Shown: positions 57,268 to 64,000 of the stretch, one piece after another
How positions within the stretch are numbered: position 1 is the first letter of the stretch
How the letters are laid out: each line of letters starts with the position of its first letter
Source: a virus
Lineage: Duplodnaviria > Caudoviricetes
Virus record (IMG/VR): IMGVR_UViG_3300025502_001322
Span: 32,001 to 96,000 of that record
DNA length: 64,000 nt
Reading direction: 5' to 3' (one strand)
The notes under the pieces: model-generated
Told to the model about the DNA's origin: nothing
The model's input: the letters and a program-made list of their open reading frames with translations, nothing else
The model's database searches: none
Position numbers and translations under genes: made by a program

Positions 57268-57346
57268 GTATAACCTTAATAATCACTATGATAGCATATG
57301 GCAACTAACATTGCAACGTTTTAATAACCCACGAATTAATTACTTT

Positions 57347-58405
57347 ATGCCTTTTGGTGCAACTGGGATAGAAGATATTGAGCAACGGTTTGTGAGCATA
57401 GGTGGAGTTGATTGTAGTATCTTTGCGTATGACCAAGAGCCTTTACTAAAGTTATTTAATCCCAGCGTATTCTTTAAAATACAAAGTGACAGTCACGCAG
57501 ACGGGCTAAAGTGGACTATACTACTGAACACAGAATTACATAGTGATCCCAAAGACGATATTCTAAAAAGATTTAGAATGATAGACTGTTATTATTTCCA
57601 CCACGCTCTTGCGGCGGCAGACTGGTACCGAGGAGGCAATTACTGGCATGAGATTAAACCGGTGGCTAGTAGAGTTATTAAAAATAAATTTATTACATTT
57701 AACAGACTAACCAGTAATGACAGGGTGTATAGATCTCTGTTAATTAACGAGTTATATAAACATGACATTCTCAGAGAAGGATTAGTAAGTTACAGTAAGC
57801 AATGCCCAATGGGAGGAGACTATAAAGTAGAAATAATGCATAGCAAACATATCCCAGACGGTTTAAAACTAGAGGCACTGTTTAATATAGGAAAAATAAA
57901 AGACGAGTTAAGGATAGATATACAGGGAGAAATTCCTAATCAAAGTTTTAATATTAGTTGTATTCCAGAATGCATGGAAACATTTTTATATGTTGTTACT
58001 GAAACTTGTTACTGGGGTCGTAAAAAACACCTAACTGAAAAAATATTTAAACCTATAGTCACAATGAACCCGTTCCTACTAGTCGGACCTGCTCATAACC
58101 TTGCATACCTTAAGAGTTATGGGTTTAAGAGTTTTGATAAGTGGATAGATGAATCTTATGATTTAATAGAAGACGATATTAAGCGTATGGAAGCTATAGG
58201 CAACGAACTAAAGCGTATAGCAAGTCTGGATTTTTACCAACTTAAACTAATCTACTATGATATGCAGGCAGTCTTAGAGCATAACAGAGACTGGTTCTAC
58301 AGTCAGGACTTTATTAAGTCAGTACACACCGAACTTATAGATAATTTTACTCAGGCATGTGACGAACTTCAACATCGCACTGCTTTAAAAAATCAACACC
58401 CTTAG
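57347..58405 (+). CDS. conserved phage hypothetical protein (GT-B-like family)
   Basis: FITFNRL..DR.YR, VVTETCY, LTEKIFKPI, ESYDLIEDD; start moved to 57347. Confidence 0.6.
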   Translation: MPFGATGIEDIEQRFVSIGGVDCSIFAYDQEPLLKLFNPSVFFKIQSDSHADGLKWTILLNTELHSDPKDDILKRFRMIDCYYFHHALAAADWYRGGNYWHEIKPVASRVIKNKFITFNRLTSNDRVYRSLLINELYKHDILREGLVSYSKQCPMGGDYKVEIMHSKHIPDGLKLEALFNIGKIKDELRIDIQGEIPNQSFNISCIPECMETFLYVVTETCYWGRKKHLTEKIFKPIVTMNPFLLVGPAHNLAYLKSYGFKSFDKWIDESYDLIEDDIKRMEAIGNELKRIASLDFYQLKLIYYDMQAVLEHNRDWFYSQDFIKSVHTELIDNFTQACDELQHRTALKNQHP

Positions 58406-58841
58406 TGTCTCGATATTCCGTTGCATAGTATACTTCTTTTATACCAGCCTGGTATATACCTTTTGCACAATCTAAACAAGGACTGTGCGTGATAAACATT
58501 GTGGCACCTTCACCGCCTCCGTTAGATTTTGCTAACTTCAATAGCGAGTTCATTTCAGCATGAAGTACTTCGGGTTTACTTTTTAACTTAGAATATTTGC
58601 CATAAGCAAATGTCCAACCTGATTCTGTTAATGCAGTATAATCGTGCCATGGATTGTCTTCCATTTCCTCAATGGTGTTTTCGCAATTGTTATCCCAACC
58701 GCTCGGCATTCCATTGTAGCCACATCCTATTATCATGTTGTCTTTTACGACAATAGCGCCTACTTGTAGTCTACGTGCTGTACTACACTCCGCAAATGCA
58801 TGCGCAGTTTTCATATAGGCTTTTGTATGTTTTTCTTTCAT
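58347..58841 (-). CDS. dCMP deaminase
   Basis: GYNG, HAEMN, THSPCLDCAK. Confidence 0.92.
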   Translation of the reverse strand: MKEKHTKAYMKTAHAFAECSTARRLQVGAIVVKDNMIIGCGYNGMPSGWDNNCENTIEEMEDNPWHDYTALTESGWTFAYGKYSKLKSKPEVLHAEMNSLLKLAKSNGGGEGATMFITHSPCLDCAKGIYQAGIKEVYYATEYRDTKGVDFLKQCDVEVRHMPE

Positions 58842-59422
58842 TATAAGTGTTCTTTGTCTATGTAGTTGTGCCAAAATATTAAACTGTACCTAACACTGTT
58901 AGGTACAACATCAAACTCTCTGCTGTGCATGGTTTTTTGACAGTCTTGCATTACCCAACCGTAGTTGTTTCTATAAGGCAAGGTAAACAACAACTCTTTA
59001 TTGTTGTTCAACATACTTGTACCATTTGTTTTATGCAACTCTCTAGTTAGGAATATTTGCCCTTGTGCTTGGCCGGCGTTTTCTTGGTGTGCAAGCAATG
59101 GACCAAACCCGGGGTAGTCAGCCCAAAGATTGCACTGCACGAATTCCATTTTTAGAGGACCTTTTCCCTGTTCTTGTAGGTAAACTTGCATGGGCTGTAA
59201 GAACCGCGGATCACGTAGTATTGACTCTAGTTTTTTAAAAGTGTCAGTGTTGCCTTTGTGTATTTTACGAAGATCAGTCCACTCAGCATACTGCCAATCT
59301 TGGGCATGTGTTTCTGAAGTTTCGCACATGGTCAACAACTCTTCTATTAGATCATCTGGGAAAAAGTTATCCACCAACAGTACCTGCAACTTGTCAGGAT
59401 ACATAAATGTGTTAACTATCAA
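58841..59422 (-). CDS. putative 2OG-Fe(II) oxygenase-like protein
   Basis: LWADYPGF..L.H, GT.M, HSRE...RYS; second metal ligand atypical. Confidence 0.45.
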   Translation of the reverse strand: MIVNTFMYPDKLQVLLVDNFFPDDLIEELLTMCETSETHAQDWQYAEWTDLRKIHKGNTDTFKKLESILRDPRFLQPMQVYLQEQGKGPLKMEFVQCNLWADYPGFGPLLAHQENAGQAQGQIFLTRELHKTNGTSMLNNNKELLFTLPYRNNYGWVMQDCQKTMHSREFDVVPNSVRYSLIFWHNYIDKEHL

Positions 59423-59835
59423 AGTTTACCTTCAGATCTGAGTCTAGCTCTAATTTCTGTTGCACTTATATTGTGTATTTCTTCACCAAGATCATGTTCT
59501 GTAAATGTGTACCCGACGCCACGCCCGTAACTGATATCAACTATGTTGGGCACTTGCATTATAATGTATTCCTCACCATATGTAAAGCCTTCTTCAAACA
59601 GTCCTTGAGTGATCTTGTTTTTTACGATATTGAAGTTAAATGGATTATCATCCTGTACAGTTGAGGTACGGTTAGCACCGGCATCCTTGCCAACAATACC
59701 ACCCACGTCTCTAATCATAATACATACTTGTCCTGTTTCTAACAGTGCTTTTTTAAACAATGCCGTGTGTCCTGGGTGCCATGGCTGCCACCTCCCAAGT
59801 AGCATAGTGGTTGGCTTCTGATTATCAAACTTCAT
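59419..59835 (-). CDS. HxGH nucleotidyltransferase (cytidylyltransferase-like)
   Basis: LGRWQPWHPGH, ISATEIR. Confidence 0.8.
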   Translation of the reverse strand: MKFDNQKPTTMLLGRWQPWHPGHTALFKKALLETGQVCIMIRDVGGIVGKDAGANRTSTVQDDNPFNFNIVKNKITQGLFEEGFTYGEEYIIMQVPNIVDISYGRGVGYTFTEHDLGEEIHNISATEIRARLRSEGKL

Positions 59836-60041
59836 TATTCTTTCACTCCATATTTTATATGCGTGTACCAAACACGCTCGTGTGCATAGTACAACACAAA
59901 TTTAATTACCAAATCTGCCGCAAATACCAGACCCACTGCTTTAGCTGGTAAGCCAAACCACCATGCTATAATAACAGTAACCGTGCTGGCAATTATTCGC
60001 CATGTAACTGCTTTTGCTAAATGTCGTCTTGCTGAAACCAT
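59835..60041 (-). CDS. DUF2061-like membrane protein
   Basis: RHLAKAVTWR...YYAHERVW. Confidence 0.8.
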   Translation of the reverse strand: MVSARRHLAKAVTWRIIASTVTVIIAWWFGLPAKAVGLVFAADLVIKFVLYYAHERVWYTHIKYGVKE

Positions 60042-60042
60042 G

Positions 60043-60372
60043 TTATGTCATCCTTTGTAGTACTGCCCACATAATTGCACCAGTAATCACTGCGCTTGTT
60101 AACAGTGCTGTATAAAATCCAAAACTGTATAACCAAACAAACATAGGAAAAAACATAAGACTCAGCGCAACAAAAAACACAGTCTCGTAACTAAAGGTAC
60201 GAAATGTTTCAAAAGGCACACCTGCGTGGTGCATCAATACCAATGTAATAACACTTACAAAAGGAATGCCCATAATAAACGCTCCCAGTGTGGGAGTTCG
60301 TTGTGCAATAGTGCTGACTATGCCTATTAGCAAGCCACCTATTAGACTTTTAATTACAATATCAATCAGCAT
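60043..60372 (-). CDS. DUF3147-like membrane protein
   Basis: Four TM segments, LGAFIMGIP. Confidence 0.55.
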   Translation of the reverse strand: MLIDIVIKSLIGGLLIGIVSTIAQRTPTLGAFIMGIPFVSVITLVLMHHAGVPFETFRTFSYETVFFVALSLMFFPMFVWLYSFGFYTALLTSAVITGAIMWAVLQRMT

Positions 60373-60393
60373 TTCTTTCCATGTACTTTTGTA

Positions 60394-60828
60394 TTATCTC
60401 TGTAAAAAAGGCCACAAGTACTTGCTTACGATTTCTAACAATTCTTTGTGTGTGTCATCAAACCATTCCGCAACATGATAATCATATTCGTCTTGTTCTA
60501 AAGGCTCAAACATTTTGTTTGTATCTTCAAATCTACCTTCTTTAATTGTGTCCATCCAGATGGTGTAGTCTGCACCAAAGCCTGCTCTTGCTTGTTTTGT
60601 GGGTGCAATAAAGTCTGCTATACAGATCTTACCTGCCTTGACAATGCCGTCTGCCAGATACTTCATGCGTAGTGCTTGTCGCATACGCCCTTCTGGTGAA
60701 AAATCCCAGTCGTCGTATTCTTTTCTAACAGCGTCAGCGTTGATATGTACTGCACTAATTAGTTTAGCAAATGGTTCTGCTAGTGTAGTTTTACCACTAC
60801 CGGGTAATCCGCAAATTAAAATTTTCAT
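60394..60828 (-). CDS. adenylylsulfate kinase-like P-loop kinase
   Basis: GLPGSGKTT, NADAVR, DFIAP, FEP. Confidence 0.8.
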   Translation of the reverse strand: MKILICGLPGSGKTTLAEPFAKLISAVHINADAVRKEYDDWDFSPEGRMRQALRMKYLADGIVKAGKICIADFIAPTKQARAGFGADYTIWMDTIKEGRFEDTNKMFEPLEQDEYDYHVAEWFDDTHKELLEIVSKYLWPFLQR

Positions 60829-61423
60829 TGAGATGTTTCTCCATTCGTTTTGCTATTGCCTGATGTCCTGCTTCTAATGGGTGACCACCAGGACCTTTGT
60901 CACAATTGTAAGTCATTTGTGTCAGTGGCTCCAGGAATGTTTCTGTGTCTAAGACGCCGCCGACGGCGTAAAACATGCTACGTTTTTCTAGAATGGTATT
61001 CATTGAAGTCATAACGTAAGGTTGTTCCATTCTTTTAAAATGATTCTGTAGTGCGATTATCTGAGTTATAGTTCGTTGCCACGCATAGTTATCATCATAA
61101 AATTCTTTGTAGTACTTATCTAGCCACTTCTTGTCGACCTTGTTTAAGCGTTGTGTGCTGGGATTAACCCCTTGAATATCGGCACCACATATACTTAAAT
61201 CTACCCTACCACGTTCTGTCCATTGTACTATAATTACATCATACCGTTCCCAGACAGTTCGCTCGACGGCTGTTGTAAATATCCAGTCATTACTTGCACC
61301 AGACTTTCCTAAGTTAAGAACGTCTACGCCATAAAAACTATCTGCTAGTAAATTGGGCCAGGCGTTTCTGGTATCTGATAATTCTTCCCCGTAGGTAAAA
61401 CTATCACCTATACATAGAATCAT
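60797..61423 (-). CDS. SGNH-like hydrolase
   Basis: GDSFT, NLGKSGASN, GGHPLEAGH. Confidence 0.7.
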   Translation of the reverse strand: MILCIGDSFTYGEELSDTRNAWPNLLADSFYGVDVLNLGKSGASNDWIFTTAVERTVWERYDVIIVQWTERGRVDLSICGADIQGVNPSTQRLNKVDKKWLDKYYKEFYDDNYAWQRTITQIIALQNHFKRMEQPYVMTSMNTILEKRSMFYAVGGVLDTETFLEPLTQMTYNCDKGPGGHPLEAGHQAIAKRMEKHLNENFNLRITR

Positions 61424-61486
61424 TTGTAGATAAAAGGATCCCTCTTACGAAGTTCTTTAAGTTTTTTACGATATGCTATTTCTAAT

Positions 61487-62299
61487 TTAATCCTGTTTAC
61501 TATATTGCGTAACCATGTCATTGAATGTGTCCTTTATAAGTTCTGCGGCAGCCGTGTGTGCTGATTCTCTTGGGTGTGTTGTATACATAGGGTATTTATT
61601 TTCCACAGCCCATTGGTAAAAACCTCTGGGAGCAACTGTTTCTCCCTGATGTGTGCCTTTGGGAAACCAAAAAAACTTCTCCCAGTCTATACTGTTATAA
61701 ACTGCGGCAATACTGGGGTCTCTACCTTGTATATTATGATTATCCATAATACAGTTATCAGCGGCAGTAAACATATAAGGTATTGACATTTGTTTGAGGT
61801 ACATTTGTAGGTATAGTATCTCTTTAAGAGTAGTGTATGTTTTCCAATACATGTCAGCACCTACATGTTTAAAGTACGACTTAGCAAAGTCTGAAACTCC
61901 TGTGAGTCTCGCCCTCTCATTATGCTTGTTCTGCAATGTCTTTTGTTTGTGATCAACTTCAAAAAAGTAAACGCTGGGGTCAAAATCATCATCTTCAGCA
62001 ACCCAAGGACTAATGTTATACCAGTGACCACTGCGTTGACCAGTGTCGTAGTTAAATTTAAATTCGTACCTAGCAGGAAAAGTCCACTGTACTATTACAC
62101 CACATCTACCTATCTGAGATATTTCATTAATGACATTACGAGCAATACCTTGGTTACTCCAGCCGGGGCCAGCAACTAATCTATAGTCATGGTCTTGACT
62201 TAACAGTGCGGGCCATGTAGATGCACTACCGGTTTTAACGTCCCAGTCTTGTAATTCGACTCCGTGTATAAAACTACAACCGCCTGCTACTATAATCAT
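61487..62299 (-). CDS. SGNH-like hypothetical protein
   Basis: GGCSF, GWSN, VQWT...R, THP...H. Confidence 0.6.
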   Translation of the reverse strand: MIIVAGGCSFIHGVELQDWDVKTGSASTWPALLSQDHDYRLVAGPGWSNQGIARNVINEISQIGRCGVIVQWTFPARYEFKFNYDTGQRSGHWYNISPWVAEDDDFDPSVYFFEVDHKQKTLQNKHNERARLTGVSDFAKSYFKHVGADMYWKTYTTLKEILYLQMYLKQMSIPYMFTAADNCIMDNHNIQGRDPSIAAVYNSIDWEKFFWFPKGTHQGETVAPRGFYQWAVENKYPMYTTHPRESAHTAAAELIKDTFNDMVTQYSKQD

Positions 62300-63428
62300 A
62301 TCCGGGTTTCATCATTTCAATTTGATTGTGTTTGTAATTGTGGTCTGACCAACAGTAATCGAACTCTCCCACAACATTATCTATTTCTATTCTGTATATG
62401 TCCAAGTGCTTACTCAGGTGTTGCCACACTGTTTGTGGATGTGCTGTTCCAAATGCTGAACGTAAGTCTATCTCACCTAACTCCAGATAACCTAAACTCA
62501 ATGAACTGTCTTCAGTATTCATGTTGTTGTCACCAAGCCACTTGTCAAACTCTGTCATTTGTTTATTATGCCAATCAAAGTCTCCTCCTTTGACAATGTC
62601 TACACCCCACTCTACATCGAACTCACCTGACCAGTACTGCAAATGTGTTATGGCGTCACACACTGTGTCTGTAAGTTTAGGTGCATGTTCGTCTCTAAAC
62701 ACTTCCATAAGTGTTTTACCAATCTGTGTCCAGTGCATGTAGACTCCACCAAATTTCCTATCGTATCCGTTAGTTAAAAAGCCTTTGCGATGTTCGTCTT
62801 GTAACTGGAATCTATTTGCGTGTAAGAACGTTGTTATCTGACTAGGACGCACAAACTGTGGTGTTGTTGCTAGTTTACGTTGACTTAGTACTAGACTTTC
62901 TAGTTCATGACAGATATTGTTTAACTGTCTGATTGCATACTTTGTGTCGTAGTCTGCTAGTATGTAATACTCACTTAAGTGTTCTACTGTGCCTTGTAAG
63001 ACTTCAAAATGATTGTGTAACTTGTTCATTACTTCATGCTTAATACCTAATCCCAAGTTAGCATCATTATATCCTACAGGATACTCGTCTCCAAATCGTA
63101 TTACGTCAGGTGTAAAGTAATCTTCAATTACATAACTATCTAAGCCCATGTGTTGCCACGTGCGACTGGCATTAAACATGTTGATCTGAAACACTACTTG
63201 ATTTAGTTCGTTACACAGATAGGTTAAGTTGCGTGGACTATGTGGGAACCCCATAAAGCAAAAGTTTTTTTCTAATAACTTTTTGTTACGCAACTCATGC
63301 GTCAGTGCTGATCGCCAGTCTCTTGCAAGTCTAGAATCGTTTAAGATAATGTCATAGTCTAGTGTCTGAGTCTTCTGAAACGGATTACGCAGTACTACTT
63401 TAACTTTCGATTGATTGCCACCACTCAT
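62274..63428 (-). CDS. conserved hypothetical phage protein
   Basis: 384 aa; LEKNFCF.GFP, NKLHNHFE, YMHWTQIGKT. Confidence 0.6.
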   Translation of the reverse strand: MSGGNQSKVKVVLRNPFQKTQTLDYDIILNDSRLARDWRSALTHELRNKKLLEKNFCFMGFPHSPRNLTYLCNELNQVVFQINMFNASRTWQHMGLDSYVIEDYFTPDVIRFGDEYPVGYNDANLGLGIKHEVMNKLHNHFEVLQGTVEHLSEYYILADYDTKYAIRQLNNICHELESLVLSQRKLATTPQFVRPSQITTFLHANRFQLQDEHRKGFLTNGYDRKFGGVYMHWTQIGKTLMEVFRDEHAPKLTDTVCDAITHLQYWSGEFDVEWGVDIVKGGDFDWHNKQMTEFDKWLGDNNMNTEDSSLSLGYLELGEIDLRSAFGTAHPQTVWQHLSKHLDIYRIEIDNVVGEFDYCWSDHNYKHNQIEMMKPGYDYSSRRL

Positions 63429-64000
63429 ATACGTCTGGTCTCGCTTTTAGAATTTCGTCTATTGTTATTGAATCGTTACGTATTTCTTCTAATTGTAACA
63501 TACGATGCTTGCCTTTTGCAAGACCTTGTTGGTATTCTTCTGGCCACTGCTCTGCAAACGTTGGTCTTGTTTTTAGTTGAGTTAAGACATCACGTAATGC
63601 TCCGCTGGTTTTTGGCACTATTTCATCAACCCAATCATCTAGTAGTTTTCTTGGCAGGGCAAGCGGGCTCATTATAATGTCAGGTGAAAAACTAAAGATA
63701 ACTTTAGCCAATATGCCTACCCCGTTCTCTTGTGCGAACTTCACAATGTTTTCAACTTCAAACATGCCCAGTAACGTGAGAGTAAAGTCTACACGTAGTT
63801 GTCTACTATGTTGTGTTATCTGTTTTACTTGCCTAAAGTTTTCCTGCCATTCAGCCCAATTTAAACCTGTACGTATATATTCACCTATTTTGCCTGTGCC
63901 ATCTATACTAGCACATATCTGCCAGTCACGCAACTCACTCAATATGTCGCATAAGTTAGCGCCTTTGTATTTTATTCTACTTAGGTTTGTATTATAACGT
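63400..64000 (-). CDS. C-terminal part of a radical SAM protein (5' end outside window)
   Basis: Frame open to the window edge: RYNTNLS...ASIDGTG..GEYIRTGLNW. Confidence 0.7.
   Translation of the reverse strand, partial: RYNTNLSRIKYKGANLCDILSELRDWQICASIDGTGKIGEYIRTGLNWAEWQENFRQVKQITQHSRQLRVDFTLTLLGMFEVENIVKFAQENGVGILAKVIFSFSPDIIMSPLALPRKLLDDWVDEIVPKTSGALRDVLTQLKTRPTFAEQWPEEYQQGLAKGKHRMLQLEEIRNDSITIDEILKARPDVYEWWQSIES

Noticed and set aside
57265-57346. Apparently overlapping divergent start codons (CATG at 57265-57268)
   Set aside because: The minus gene has its own SD and a TTGCAA-17-TATCAT promoter in this interval, so the plus gene more plausibly starts at 57347.

Overview
This is a 64-kb segment of a large, AT-rich, T4-like (myovirus-type) phage genome, probably from an aquatic proteobacterial host. 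It is densely coding under code 11, mostly on the + strand until about 55 kb. Core genes: family-B DNA polymerase, probable sliding clamp, RNase H/5'-3' exonuclease, DHFR, ThyA, dCMP deaminase, spanin pair, MoxR ATPase/VWA pair and four tRNAs. The most notable system is a 7-deazaguanine module (TGT/DpdA-like, FolE, QueE and a T-fold protein with LxxxHRHxF) with no QueC in the window. It is interleaved with a glycosyltransferase, a purine phosphoribosyltransferase, a DegT aminotransferase and two dehydrogenases, which suggests an uncharacterised DNA hypermodification. Other notable items: a standalone pqqA precursor-peptide gene missed by the ORF track, an intact glnK-amtB operon, an RNA polymerase omega homolog, cytochrome c, Fpr, peroxiredoxin, two AdoMetDC-like paralogs, three cobalamin-type radical SAM enzymes and a tRNA-Ser with an unusual ACT anticodon. 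Two promoter classes are visible: sigma70 promoters, six of which share a fixed-position GAGT, and TAAATA late-type motifs placed 5-7 nt before ATG, implying leaderless mRNAs. All family assignments come from motif recognition by eye; no database searches were run.
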